Source of the DNA: Coniocarpon cinnabarinum
Taxonomy: Eukaryota
Reading direction: 5' to 3'
DNA: 56,938 nt
Assembly: GCA_051942205.1 (NCBI GenBank)
Contig: JAVECO010000061.1
Span: forward strand, 62,001-118,938
A model generated the notes under the pieces. It worked only from the letters and a program-made list of their open reading frames with translations. It was not told where the DNA came from and did not search any database. Made by a program: the position numbers and the translations under genes. Every line of letters begins with the position of its first letter. Positions within the stretch are counted from its first letter, which is position 1. Shown here piece by piece: positions 45,126 to 56,938 of the stretch.

Positions 45126-47129
45126 GCGTCCTTATCGTCATCATGATGATGACGAACAGCGATATTGGCGGAGTCGAACCGATTCTCGCCAGCTCAATCA
45201 CCAGGCTGATGACACCACGATGCTGGTTGGCTGCTTCATTCTCTATCCTCGATCTGATCGTTAATGGCGTCCTGAGACCAGCCAAGCATGGATCTCTGCC
45301 AGCTCCGGTGATCATCGCCAACCAGCAGCGGCAAGCAACGGCGACATTCGCCACACCCAACAGTCGCCGCGCAGCAAGGCGCAACAGCAAAGTATCTCAG
45401 CCGCCAACCACTACGCTTCTCACGGGCTCGCCACCGCAACGAGCCCCTCACCCACCCCCTCGCCCACACCACCTCCAAAACAATGGCATAGACGAACAGA
45501 CTCTGGCGGCCTCGAAACGCCGCAAACGTCCACAGACACGCCCGGCTACTTGGAAGTAGAGGGATTTGGCTCGCCAAATTGGGAGGCTTTCTGCATTGTT
45601 CCAGCTTTTTGATTCTTGGAAGGGAGAGTCTTGGAAGTAGATTCTTTGAAGGAGTCAGCGATTGGATTTGATCTTGTATCTGACGGATGGTGTATTTTCT
45701 GGGTCCTGTATTTCTTTTGGCCAATTTATTGTTGTGATTCTCCATTGCGGCTCGGTGATCTGAGGTAAACTGCGACGACTTTTGTAGATGCGGCTGTGAA
45801 ATGGTTGCGATTGTCGTTTTGGAATGGGGATGGAAGCTCTAATGATCAGTAGGAGCGCCGTGACTGCTAGCCGTGACTCATGACGTTGTATGAAGTGTCA
45901 AGTGGCACTCGTTACGGCTTGACCGAATAAGCGCGAATGGACACAGATATGCAATAGACGTGGAAACGACGTCGGCGTCAGCTTTCTGCGACTCACGTCG
46001 AAATGCATAAGTGAGAGTAAAATCTGAGGGTGCCAGTAAATGCAGATTCTGGTTGGTTCAAAGAGGCTTGATCGTGAGTATTTACGATTGACAGACTCTC
46101 GTTGTGAATCCCGTAAGTCTTTCTATTTAGCAGTGTTGAGGGATATCTGGATCAGATTTGTGTACACGTATTGAACATCTCAGTCCGGTTGTCATTTCGC
46201 CATAGCTAACGCTGCCATTTACAGATTGCGTGACAACTTAGACTTTAGTAGTCATGCAAGCTGTTGAGTTCCTTAATAGTGACGGTTCTTTCTACTGATG
46301 AAGTCAACTCCCTGGTTGTAAGCAAACAATGAAGGATGCGCAAGGGGATTACAGGTTCCTGTTATGATTACAGTTATACCCATCACTGAACTTGAATGAG
46401 CCAGCTTGACGGCGTGACTTGACGATTATCTCGTGTTGATGATTAACTATGATTGAACCTTGGTTACTAGGCTATAATTGGAATTACTTCTAGTGAGTGA
46501 AAACAGTGACAAAGAAGCGGGATCATTCGGAATGCAGTAGAAATGATGAGGAATAAGACACGCGACTCAAGCGATGTGACGATAACGATAAAGATGCCAT
46601 CGGCGGCACGGTAGCGGCTGTATCAACTATCACGGGAGATTAGTGTTGAGGCTTTCTTATCTTTAGATATCATTATAGAACGCTGTAGACTGTCCCATGA
46701 TTATCAGTGGGTGGTGGGCACTTCTCCTGATGGTGCTGGTCTGGTTATGGGCCTGTCCAGTTATGGTATGATATTCATAGTATTGATGAGGGGTTCACTG
46801 AGAACACTTTTCAAGCCTTCTACCAAAGGTAATGAGAATCTGTTGTCGTCTTGGTCTTGTCGTTGACTACGCCTTGTCATCGAAAGCGTCTTATCACTGC
46901 GTACGCTTTGCAGTTATCAGTGCCTTGACACAGTCATGTACTTTGAGGACTGATCTGGACCTTGGACTAAGTCATGGTCCTAAAAGTCAGGGCGCAAATT
47001 CTGCAGCGTAAGAAGCACTCCATTTGCCTGAGTTTCCAAGACTCTCGCGAGGCACTTGAATGTGGACACGATCTCTCGAATACGATCTCTCGAGGGAGTA
47101 CCAGGCGTGTTCCCACTCGAGCGATCTGA

Positions 47130-48900
47130 CTATAGAATGTTTCCAACAAGGGCGTGTAACGCACGCTTTGAGAACAGTTCTCGTACGCGCCATGACGTAT
47201 TCGGCCCAGCCTCGTACGCGGTCCAGGGGGGTTTATTGGTGTTCAAACTGGTCACCATCATTAGGCGTTGTTGAAGAAGCTCTGAAAGAATCAGAAGGCT
47301 CACTCCCAGGGTCAGCGATCTGGGTTGCACTGACATCGAAGAGAAAGGTTTCTGGCAGTGGTGAATGACTGCTACTCGTTCGCCAGGAGACGCTTCTCCG
47401 CAGTGAGATTCCCGTTTCGTGGCTCGAAGAATCCTGGTTTCCCGAATCCACATTGCGCTCATTGGATAGCGACGCCGGCGTCTCAGTCTCGTAATCTGTA
47501 TTATGTGCCGGCGTGCAGGGTGATAGAGCGGGACGGTGTTGTGGCTCGGAGCATGGTCTTGAATGTTTGTCGTAGCGCCAGAATGCTGGTAACGGTTTTG
47601 CAATTCTCCACCCGGCGCTGAAGAATGTCTTATCCCTCTTTCGCTTCCAGTCTCCTGGCAAAGACCTGTGCGCTGTGGCTTCGACGTCCTCGGGCGGCTT
47701 TCACTGAAGATAATTCGAGCATCCATGACACGACCTTGTTTCAAATTCGGATGGCGAAACCAGAAAATGTCACGGAGATTTGATGCGGCGCCTCATTTCC
47801 ACGAAGTCTTCGCCACGCCGTTGCCTAGCTCTGACAGGACGCACAGTCCCTGTCCGTTTGACGTATGCGACGAATTGGCGTAGTGCAGGGCCGCACGCGA
47901 CAATGGTCCCAAGTTTCTCCTCTAAGAGGGTACAGGTGCTTGGAAGTATGGATCGATCTGTGGTGGATCAGACATGATCGTTTGCCGCTAATCAAAGATG
48001 ACTGACAAGATGTATCAGCTTCTTCGACTTTGTCGTCCAAGGTCACCACGCGCGCAATGCTAAGCCCAGCGGTGATCAAGCCGAGGTAGAATAGCACATT
48101 GAGGCAACGTTTACTTGACTTCTTCATCTGTACGCCCCACAGAAGGAACTGTGGGATCAAAGCTGTCGTCACGTCAATCGCGGCAGAAAGAACTGTGTAG
48201 CCGGGTTAGCTCACCTCGATGTGCTGCTCACAGTAGAGTGGTGTCGGCCCACTCACCTCCATTGACTCGATTCGCGATGACCGTGTCACGCGTCGAGAAG
48301 CACTTGGACCCGAGTTTGGGGTCAAACCAAGCGTGAAATGGAATGCAGCTTAGACCGTAAGTGATCGAGCCCACCAGTGCGACAGCAATGTTCAAGAAGA
48401 AGGCGGTAACAACGACGCGCTTCTGCCAGTGCTTGTAGATCGGGAGAAGCCGTAGCACGAAGAGGATGACAGACGCGCACACGAAGGCGAAGGAAATGAA
48501 CTCGACTGTCCATGTCAAGTTCTGCCTGAAATTGACCAGGTCGGACATGATGTACTTGGCAAATACGTTCGTGACGGACGTACCACCCATTGGGTCTATT
48601 GATCTCCTGAGACGTCAAAGAGCTTTCGTGACGACCCCATCCGTCAGTCACGTTAAAAATGTCACCGGTTAGAATCACTATGGTCAAGCACTGTAGATGT
48701 CAAACGCGTGGCCAGAATGAGCAGTCAGTCTTCTTCAGACCTACAACTGCGACGGACAGAGCAAAGTCGTCGGATCCGATGGAGCGCGTCAGCACCGCTC
48801 GTGTAGACCCGGATAGAAAAGATAACATAAAGGACAAAACTCAAGCTCCAGCCTAGGAAAAGGAAGAAGATGTCGAGGTGATTGTGCTTATCAATTGCTT
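47130..48900 (-). pseudogene. PTH11-like (rhodopsin-domain) integral membrane GPCR-like gene with frameshifts
   Basis: Spliced pieces SIRVYT/VLTRSIGSDDFAL, GWGRH, SVILFVLRLLP, SCIPFHAWFDP, DVTTALIPQFLLWGVQM, LGLITAGLSIAR and EEKLGTIVACGPALRQF. Frame breaks near 48800 and 47780; no in-frame ATG found. Confidence 0.75.
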
Positions 48901-49890
48901 TCACAGCATGTGCCAATAGGTAGAGCCTCCGGTGGCACGGGGCAAACGGACAATGGTTTATATGTGTGCTGGTTGCTGTCAATTATCATACAGTCGGCGA
49001 GCAGTAAGCGGCTTGAAGAAATCGAGATGAAGCAGCACCTTTCATGGCATGACTGCGGGAGGACCTGCACAGGCAAGCTAAAAGCCACAAGAAAAGCTTG
49101 CGAGAATTGCCTGCCGCATCGTACACAGGCTCATGTAGGAAGACACCTTGTGAGCACATGAGTCTGCCTGTTCGATCTGGACCATGCCCAAATCATGTGT
49201 TGGCGTGAGACTGGCAAGAGTCGAGGAGGTTTTTTCCCGGGGGTCTTGCTTGCAATGTCCAACTTCACAAGGCTATTAGGTCAAAGGCACAATCTAGTGA
49301 CAGACCTGAACATATAGGGCAAGCTCTCGCAAGCATTGGAATCAGTCGACGTGATCGTCTATTAAAAGCAACCACATTCGATTGAAACTCTGCAGTAGGA
49401 CGAGACCAATGTCTCATGATGCATGGAGCCGTCACTTGCGATCGAAAGTCTGCACCATGCGGCCCTGCAGCTGCCTCGCCTTTGCCTCACTGTGTATTGG
49501 CCCCGCGCGACGGGTGGCCATGCAGACATTTGTGATGAACAGAACTCGTATTGACCAAGATGTTCGAAGAGCTGGCCCGGCAGATTGAGCGGCTCAGCAA
49601 GCGCAAAGCTCGTTACCACCTCAAAATGAGGAAAGCAATATCTAAGGTAAGGAGTAAAGGCGAGCTTTCGGCCTCATCTTCGGGCGATCAGCGGTGCCAC
49701 GAATGTACTGATCGACCTCAAGTACGGCTCTGTGCTGGAAATATTGATGAATGCTTGCATGGCTCATTGCAACTCTCTACTGGCTTTCACTTGGCAGTTG
49801 CTGCGTTGTCAGCAACTATGTTCGGCAAATGGCTGGCTCTGTAAACAATAGTCTTAGCGACTTACTTGAATCTGGAAAAGGACTTCGATC

Positions 49891-51162
49891 ATGCCTGTCA
49901 CCACAGAGCCTCCGCAACATCCTCCGGACCTTTCTAAAAAGCTTCCAAGCTTGGGGAAACCAAGACAGCATGCTCACAAGCCCTCAAAATCCTCTAATCC
50001 TCCGGTCGAGACACCAAGACTGCCAGAGCCGGATCCGCTGATCTCTGTTAAATTCGTCCATCCCGTTCGACGTATTCTCAGCCCAATCGATCAAGAGCGC
50101 TTTGTCTCATCCCCAACACATACGCTCATAACTGCCTTTGCATTCATCCTAGCCGATTCCGTGATTGATGTGCCGATCTCTGCCGTCTTGGAACAAGAGC
50201 GTCACTCGACGACAACATCGTTGTTAGCAATACTGCAAGAGATAGAAGACATACTTCACCAATATCCGGCTGACCATAACAATGGCAGCCGATTTGGCAA
50301 TCCCAAGTTTCGCGAGTTTGTGGCTGCGGTCTCTTCTCGGTCAAAGGCATTGCATGAAGACCTTCTATCCACAATACCCCAAGACGCCAGAGATGGCGCG
50401 ATGGATGAGGTGACTACTTATTTTAACAACGCTTGGGGCTCAAGCACACGCATAGACTACGGGTCTGGACACGAGTTGAATTTCCTGATCTACTTTTTAT
50501 GCCTAAATCGACTTTCACTGCTACCTTCTACATGTTTCCAGCAAGCTGTGCTGCTAGTGTTTCCACGCTACCTGAGCATCATGCGTGAGCTACAAGCGGC
50601 GTATTACCTTGAACCTGCTGGCTCTCATGGTGTATGGGGCTTGGATGACTACCACTTCCTGCCCTTCCTATTCGGAGCTGCACAATTGCATTCCCACCCC
50701 TACATTCGGCCTTTGGCGATCCACAACATGGCTGTCATAGATTCCCACGCGGATGACTACCTCTACCTAGACATGGTACGTCAGGTGAACTCTACCAAGA
50801 CAGTGCAGGGTCTACGCTGGCATAGTCCGATGCTGGATGATATCAGTGGTGTCAAGGAAGGCTGGAGTAAGATCTATCAGGGCATGCGTCGTATGTTTCT
50901 GCACGAAGTGATTGGTAAACTGGTGGTCATGCAACACTTCCTATTTGGAGGTCTTATTCCTGCTGCCGAAGGCATGACTGAGCAGACCAATGGTAATAAT
51001 AGCCAACAGACAGTGGCTATCGACGAAGCGCATCGCGGTCATCAACACAATCCCAATTCTTGGAATGACTGTTGTGGCATTCAAGTCCCGAGCAGCATAG
51101 GCGCGGCGCAAGAAATGCAAAAGGGAGGCGCGCAACAGCTGAGACCGCTGCCTTTTGATTGA
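49891..51162 (+). CDS. RRD2: PP2A phosphatase activator (PTPA), Rrd2/Ypa2 type
   Basis: SRFGNP, RIDYGSGHELNF, LEPAGSHGVWGLDDYHFLPF, HSPMLDDISGV and the C-terminal CCGI...PFD typical of PTPA2. Confidence 0.93.
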   Translation: MPVTTEPPQHPPDLSKKLPSLGKPRQHAHKPSKSSNPPVETPRLPEPDPLISVKFVHPVRRILSPIDQERFVSSPTHTLITAFAFILADSVIDVPISAVLEQERHSTTTSLLAILQEIEDILHQYPADHNNGSRFGNPKFREFVAAVSSRSKALHEDLLSTIPQDARDGAMDEVTTYFNNAWGSSTRIDYGSGHELNFLIYFLCLNRLSLLPSTCFQQAVLLVFPRYLSIMRELQAAYYLEPAGSHGVWGLDDYHFLPFLFGAAQLHSHPYIRPLAIHNMAVIDSHADDYLYLDMVRQVNSTKTVQGLRWHSPMLDDISGVKEGWSKIYQGMRRMFLHEVIGKLVVMQHFLFGGLIPAAEGMTEQTNGNNSQQTVAIDEAHRGHQHNPNSWNDCCGIQVPSSIGAAQEMQKGGAQQLRPLPFD

Positions 51163-51429
51163 ACCACGATGTGCGTAAATTAGCTGGATGATGGTTGAGG
51201 GCAGCGTGTGTCTTCTGCCTAACTTTCGTCGGCTATTCTCGCACATGACGCACCTTCATCTTGTTTTGCGTGACTTCTTGCACCTGCACCTGTCGAAAGA
51301 AAACACTGTGCATTCAGAAGGTTTGGTCACGCTCGAGCTATAAAGTATACAGCAACACTCCTCATCTTTCTACGTGTAACAAGTCGTGCAACTGCAACTG
51401 CACGCAATACAATTCATCGAGAAGCCACC

Positions 51430-52086
51430 ATGTCCACCAAAAAGCCCGCTCCCAGTCCGCCACAGGAGACACAATCCAAAGCAGAGGAATCTTCGGAAGC
51501 AACAAAACCTCAGTGGAGCCTTGACTCGAAAAAGACTCCTGAGCAGTGTGTATTCTTCTGGAAAGTCGAGCAGCCGTACGGGTATTTCTGTCAGTGGTAT
51601 CCATCCCGATTCATCGACCACAAGACGGGCATGATCTTCAACTGCGCTGAGCAGTGGATGATGTACCACAAAGCCATGACGTTCTCAGACAAGATCACCG
51701 CCGCCGCGGTCATGAAATCCCAACATCCAGCAGATCAGAAAGCGCTCGGTAGGCAAACCAATGGCTTCAAGGACGAAGTGTGGGACAAGATCAAGTACGA
51801 CGTCGTTGTCCGCGGCAACATGCTCAAATTCACGCAGTGCAAGGCTCGTGACGATGATGACTTCGTCTACCCACCGGACGGACGCGGTAAAGGTCAAGAT
51901 GCAGTTTCGTTACTTCAGCTTTTGCGAGCGACAGGCAAGGCAACATTGGCTGAAGCAAGTCCGTCTGACCGTGTGTGGGGCATTGGCTTGAACGCTGCGA
52001 CTGCAGAGAAGCAAGGAAGAGAGCAGTGGGGCCAGAACTTATTGGGTAAGGCATTGATGGAGGTGAGAAACGAACTGAGCAAGTAG
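51430..52086 (+). CDS. NADAR family protein (YbiA/DUF1768 N-glycosidase)
   Basis: FCQWYPS, AEQWMMYHKA, KALGR, GNMLKFTQ, EASPSDRVWGIG and GQNLLGKALMEVR. Confidence 0.93.
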   Translation: MSTKKPAPSPPQETQSKAEESSEATKPQWSLDSKKTPEQCVFFWKVEQPYGYFCQWYPSRFIDHKTGMIFNCAEQWMMYHKAMTFSDKITAAAVMKSQHPADQKALGRQTNGFKDEVWDKIKYDVVVRGNMLKFTQCKARDDDDFVYPPDGRGKGQDAVSLLQLLRATGKATLAEASPSDRVWGIGLNAATAEKQGREQWGQNLLGKALMEVRNELSK

Positions 52087-52822
52087 ACGCCTACGATGGG
52101 TGCTGGCGAGGGCAAGACGTCGACACCGAAATGCTGTACACTCATACAATATAGCGCGCCATGACAAAGACTCGGTAGGCAAAGGGAGACTCGGTCGGCA
52201 ATCTCACCCGCTGTGGAATCAGCACAGCATTACCCAGTCCTGAACACACTTCTCCCCTCTTCGCATCTACCGTCTTTCCGTGATTCTCACCAAGACATTC
52301 ATTCTCTTCCTTACCTTGTGCCCGGCTCCATTTCTCTACATTCAACGCAAACAGCGCTGACGCGTACAATACCGCATTCGACATAAGACATAAAAACACA
52401 AAACACACAACGCGGCAAGAGACGAATCTGACATTGCGGCGCCCGCGTTTCATCCTCCTTCAAACTGACTCATCACCAGTCTTTTCGAACACTCCTCTCG
52501 AACAACCGCTGACGTCCACACACTCAAGGGTCCACCTCCCGCCGACTCACGCCAGATCCTCCGCCATTCCACGCGGCTCGCTGCCATCGAATGCCGAATG
52601 CGCCGTCTCGACATTGGCGCGGGTCGCAATGCCTGTCGAGTCAGGTCCCAGGTTGCGAGAATAGAACGGGATCTAGCTCGGTGGGATCAGATGTGGCTGG
52701 AAGGGCATTGAGTCGTTTGATCCAGTTTGGTGGATGCGAACCACTTTAGGTTACACCATTCCTCGCCCTTCTCAACTCGTGGCGGATCCGACGTCAATGG
52801 GGGGTATTCTGGATTTGCCTTC

Positions 52823-53020
52823 ACACCATTGTCTAGACTTCCGTTTGACGCCCGTGGCTGGATCCGCTTGGTCCTGATTAGGGAGTATACCACGATGTGT
52901 GAGGCTCGCTACACCATTGTCTAGCCTTCCGTCCAGTATCTTCCGGCCTTCCATGCACCATATTCTAGGTAGCCTTCCGTACGCCGTCGTCTGGCCTTCC
53001 ACACGCCAATGCTTACCCAC
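52823..53020. repeat. Degenerate minisatellite of about 22 nt plus one displaced copy
   Basis: ACACCATTGTCTAGACTTCCGT (52823), ACACCATTGTCTAGCCTTCCGT (52911), CCAGTATCTTCCGGCCTTCCAT, GCACCATATTCTAGGTAGCCTTCCGT, ACGCCGTCGTCTGGCCTTCCAC. Confidence 0.7.
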
Positions 53021-53058
53021 GCGCTCAATCATGCTATCCACGCGTGCGGTACTCTCAA

Positions 53059-54240
53059 GCACGAGGCATGAGGCACGAGGCACAAACACGAGACACGGCA
53101 TCCCCCACTGCTCGTTCGTCTTCCCAAAGTAACCACACCCGCAAGCTCCCACGCTCTCACACGTGCGGCCACGACAATGACCCAGCCGCATCCCCAACCA
53201 CCATTCTCCTCCCTCCGTCCAGCCCCCAGCGCCAAACAAGAGCACTCCGAGCCATCGAGCAACCCCCAGCGCCGTGTCACTCCCTCAGTGTCGCTTCCTC
53301 GAAATCGCAGACCCCCATCATACTCAGGCTGAGCCGACCCCATGCATCTGTCGATTTAAGTCTTCACGCTGCCCACCCAACACAACCTCGGGATTGTCCC
53401 GCGTCTCAGCCCCGCTTCCATCTCTGCCGCTGTTATCATTATCCGCCCCTCCCCTTACATCCCAGCCTCTTCTCTGACATCCCAGCCCCAGCCCCCGCCC
53501 CAGCAGCCCGCGTACCTCGCTCCCGACCTTGCCGCCAGACGGCTCACAACACGGGTTAAAGGGGTGCTTGCGGATCTTCGTACGTCGCAGGAACAGCCGC
53601 CATTGCCAGACTGTGTATCCGTCTTGCAGGAACGACAGCGGGATAACGGCGGATTTTGGGTTTGACTGCAGACTGCAGACTGCAATCGCGGATTGCGGAT
53701 TGTCATCGCGGATAAGCAGGTACGCGTGCGCGGAATGTGGCTTGGTATTCGCGGCTTGACGGGGTGGCAAAAGACGAGTGGCTTATCGTTGACTGTGGCG
53801 CCCGGTGCGGCTCATTGAATACGTGACTTTTAGATGAGGAATTGCCAGGCATTTGCCATAGCGGGCATTCGTTGCGAGCTTGAGTCTGAGACTCATGTGA
53901 CATATTCGGCTGGCGAGGCTGGCGAGGCTGATGAGGCGTGATGTTAGTGAGATATATGCATTGGAAAGTGCAAACATTGTATGTGGTTGCTGTTATTGCA
54001 AATGTTATTGTCCTGGTGAAGTGACTGTTGGTGATGAGGACGCGAACCTGCTTAGCTTTTTGAGAGAGAGACCTGGGAAGAGACTCAAGATGAGAATTGG
54101 AGTGTTGAGGTCAAGTTTGTTCATTTGCTATATACTACAGCACATTCAGTGCATCCATCCGTAGATCCAATCCGATCTAACCATCCATTCCTGTCAGTCC
54201 TGTCCTGGCCTGTCCAATCCAATCCAATCCAGTCCAATTC
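53059..54240. repeat. Series of short tandem repeats in the NADAR-FUN19 spacer
   Basis: (GCACGAG)n at 53059-83, (GACTGCA)x3 at 53664-84, (GGCTGGCGA)x~3 at 53908-34 and (TCCAA)n at about 54213-38. Confidence 0.75.
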
Positions 54241-54361
54241 AATGCAGCGCCCAAAGGCACCTCCTCCAGCTCCCTAAGTTCACAAGAAAAGGCCGTTCAC
54301 CATGATCCGTAAACCCCCCAAATGCCGCTTCGCAATGATCAATCAATCAAGAATCGCGCAC

Positions 54362-55609
54362 TCAAATCTTCCCCTCATACAACTCCTCCCGAAACCACCC
54401 CACCCTGAGGAAAAACATAAAGATCTGACTCGTCTTCCCCACATCCACATTACTACACTGCTGCGCAGCCGTCTTATTCCAGTTAAACGCCTTCGTCTTG
54501 AGATGTTCCAGGTATCGCTGGAAGATCTGACGCTTGACACAGAGGAAGTACGCACAGTCGATGTTGAGTTTCTGCGCGACAGTGCGTTCGCTCTCGTGAA
54601 GTTCATCTTTCAACGGATCGCCGCTGAGATTGCGCGGGTTGGCGACGTTGTGTTCCGGGCATTGCGCAGCGGCCGCCATGGGATTTTGCATTGTGTCGAA
54701 GGCGGGGGCGATGTCAGCCGGGTAGTCGCGGTAGTCGGTCGATTTTTTCTCCTTGGTGGAGCGGTTGCGGTTGTGTTTTGTTTCTTTGTTCATGGAGGTG
54801 ACGGTGCTGGAGCGGCGGCGGGAGGCACTGCTGGTTGACGCAGGAGTGGACCTGCGCTTCTTCCGGGGGGACTCCGCGTCGTCATCTTCAGCGTCGAAGG
54901 AGACGGTGCTGGAGAGGCGGGCGCGCTTCATGGGGGTCGAGTCGGCGGTGGAGGCCCTTTGAAAGCGCTTGGAGGGTGGTGAAGCGAGGGGCGAGTGTTG
55001 CGACACGGGCGATGCCGTGAATAATGGCCGTGGCGCGAGGACGCGGCCGGCGGCGGCGGGACGTGCTGAATGGAAACCAGACATGAGGTGACGTGGGCTG
55101 AAGCTGGGCGATTGGTGGTGTTGAAAGTCTTCAGCCGCACGTCGGTGAACCTGCTCGGTGAAGGCGGCGACGGTGTGGTAGTCCTCAATGGAGGGACCAC
55201 GGAAGGTCGGATGCCGTGCCCGGAAGTTATTGGAGTGCTGCGCAATGGCATACTCAAAGTCGGAGGCGATGGCTGACAAGGTCTTGTTGAGAAAGGCAGC
55301 CCGGTCGATGGGGCTGTGTCGAGACGGAGACGTGCTGCGACGGTCGTAGGCATCGTGGTAGATGGGCGCGAACATGGAGGGGCGAGGTGAGTACTCGACG
55401 GGGCCGTACATGGGTGCACCGAGATGATCGTAAGAGCCACGCTCGTCGTCCGAGTAATGGGAGAAGGAATGACGCTTCTCGATTTCGCTGCTCAATGGCG
55501 GGGTGGGCAGGGCGTTTGTAGGCATCAGGTCGGAGATCGGGGGTAGCTTGAAGTGCGAGTTTGACTTCCGCAAAACGTCGCGCGCGCGCATGGTCGCGTC
55601 GGTCGACAT
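54362..55609 (-). CDS. SWIRM-domain protein, Fun19/Yor338w-like
   Basis: C-terminal DPLKDELHESERTVAQKLNIDCAYFLCVKRQIF...KTAAQQCSNVDVGKTSQIFMFFLRVGWF after a disordered Ser/Pro-rich region. Confidence 0.85.
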   Translation of the reverse strand: MSTDATMRARDVLRKSNSHFKLPPISDLMPTNALPTPPLSSEIEKRHSFSHYSDDERGSYDHLGAPMYGPVEYSPRPSMFAPIYHDAYDRRSTSPSRHSPIDRAAFLNKTLSAIASDFEYAIAQHSNNFRARHPTFRGPSIEDYHTVAAFTEQVHRRAAEDFQHHQSPSFSPRHLMSGFHSARPAAAGRVLAPRPLFTASPVSQHSPLASPPSKRFQRASTADSTPMKRARLSSTVSFDAEDDDAESPRKKRRSTPASTSSASRRRSSTVTSMNKETKHNRNRSTKEKKSTDYRDYPADIAPAFDTMQNPMAAAAQCPEHNVANPRNLSGDPLKDELHESERTVAQKLNIDCAYFLCVKRQIFQRYLEHLKTKAFNWNKTAAQQCSNVDVGKTSQIFMFFLRVGWFREELYEGKI

Positions 55610-56938
55610 CTTTTATAAGTGTGTCCAGCAGTGGCGCTGACGATGAGAGTGAGTCAAAGTTGATGTTGTCAGGCAGCGAGGTCGGTGATGTACGAGAGTG
55701 TCAGGCTGTGGAAACCTGGTTTGAATAATTGTTACGCAATCCAATGGCAATGATTTGTATGTGCTGTCGAGGCGAACGGCCAATGCTGCTGCCTCGCACT
55801 CTCGGAGCTAGTGCCAGCTAGAAGAGGTACGTATGCTAAGCGCAGGCGCAGACAGGAAACGTTCGTGGGAGAATGGTGTAATAGGTCGTGGCGCGTAGCG
55901 GAGCCAAGAATTAAACACCGCTAAAATGCGGACCCAGGAATTGCGCACCCCGACGGACGATTGGTCGGAGGAATACCTAGTGACTCAATGATCGGGCAGC
56001 AAGACCACGCGCTGACTGGAAGTTGCTCGCAGGTCCGTTTGCGTGGATTTGTAATGCGGAGATGGAGCAACTGCTTTTTCCAATGGCTGAATGATGGGTG
56101 GGTGGGTGGCCGTGTGCCGGGCTTTTCTTTGTAGCAGTGGTGACTGACAGCAGCAGTGCACTTCACTGCTTGCGGTCCAGTGGGTAGTAGTTTCGTAGTA
56201 CCCAATCAAGCAAGTTCCGTGCGTTTCTGTAAATTTTCCTTTGATGGTAACAGTGATTGTTGGAACAGGACGGTGGTGGTGATCACACTCGGCGATGCAC
56301 GGAAGGGTCGATGTGACTTATGCACAGGAATGAAACTTGCCCAGCGAACAAAACGGACAGTTTCTGCGCCACACACACAGGGATGCAGGCAGCAGGATTA
56401 TGGATGGATACCTTTTCCTTGGGAAGGGGGCCTCCTTCGCCAATGGCAGGTGTCAACGGAATGTAGCTAGGCGTGTCGCTGAGCTACTCTTGGCTTGCAG
56501 AGAAGCTATCCCAGCCTTGGGTGGGTGAGATGGAGACAGGCGTCGAATGGGAAGGACGCAATGGCTTGCGGAATGCAAGGTGCTGTTCAAAGGAAAGTGA
56601 AGGGAAAGAAAAAAATTGGAGGTGTGCTGGAAATACCGGGAGAGGCTGCAGGGGAGCAGGGAGGGTATTATTATTATGATTGCTTCTGGTGCTGGACGGT
56701 GAGCCGTCTGGGGTATGGGGGCATGCACGACCGAGAGGGCTAGAAGAATGAAAAGAAAAGAAGCTTCACGGCCGTGGTCCCAGCGTGCCTTAGTACGATC
56801 TCCAGGTCAGCCGCGCAGGCGCCGCAGGAAATGACACGTAGGTGGGTTCGGCAGCGCAAACACGCGACGGAAGCAGACGGGAAGCATCTGATTCCTGAAC
56901 AGGTGGACGGGGGCGAGGAAACACGCCTGGGCTGGGGG

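Noticed and set aside
45143..45559. 138-aa ORF immediately after the C2H2 stop, as a readthrough or second cistron
   Set aside because: It is not in frame with the transcription factor (readthrough meets another TGA after 6 codons), is low complexity, and is most likely 3' UTR.
45750..46950. More AT-rich, ORF-free stretch as a RIP-degraded transposon
   Set aside because: No terminal repeats or transposase/RT motifs are visible, and RIP indices could not be computed.
52753..53040. CRISPR-like array
   Set aside because: Eukaryotic context, mostly contiguous degenerate units without regular unique spacers, and no cas genes.

Overview
Eukaryotic genomic DNA from a filamentous ascomycete (Pezizomycotina-type introns of about 50-120 nt with GTRAGT/GTAYGY donors and RCTRAY branch points). 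There is no rRNA, tRNA, CRISPR array or intact transposon. Conserved housekeeping genes lie at 1-8.2 kb (BCKDH E2 5' end, DCP1, V-ATPase subunit f, ELP3, succinyl-CoA ligase alpha, AP-2 mu) and at 32-56 kb (SNZ1/PDX1, ORC2, ARG7, USE1, a C2H2 transcription factor, RRD2, NADAR, a FUN19-like SWIRM protein). Between them is an accessory block (about 8.9-31.6 kb) of orphans, degenerate enzymes, F-box-like genes and a decaying three-copy gene family. Main observations: (1) the first intervening sequence of the succinyl-CoA ligase alpha gene is two complete introns joined at CAG|GTGAGA with a zero-nucleotide exon, a recursive-splicing-like arrangement; (2) several genes are invisible or only partly visible in the ORF track, including a 99-aa, 15-Cys orphan with a CCCCCC run, V-ATPase subunit f and a 120-aa secreted 6-Cys protein; (3) the C2H2 gene has two in-frame alternative first exons, one across a 1.1-kb intron; (4) three paralogous F-box-like ORFs each carry a lesion; (5) a patatin lacks its nucleophile Ser and an Fcy1-like deaminase lacks its C-terminal WxEDIG lid. 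All gene models were spliced by hand and family calls come from recalled motifs, not database searches.
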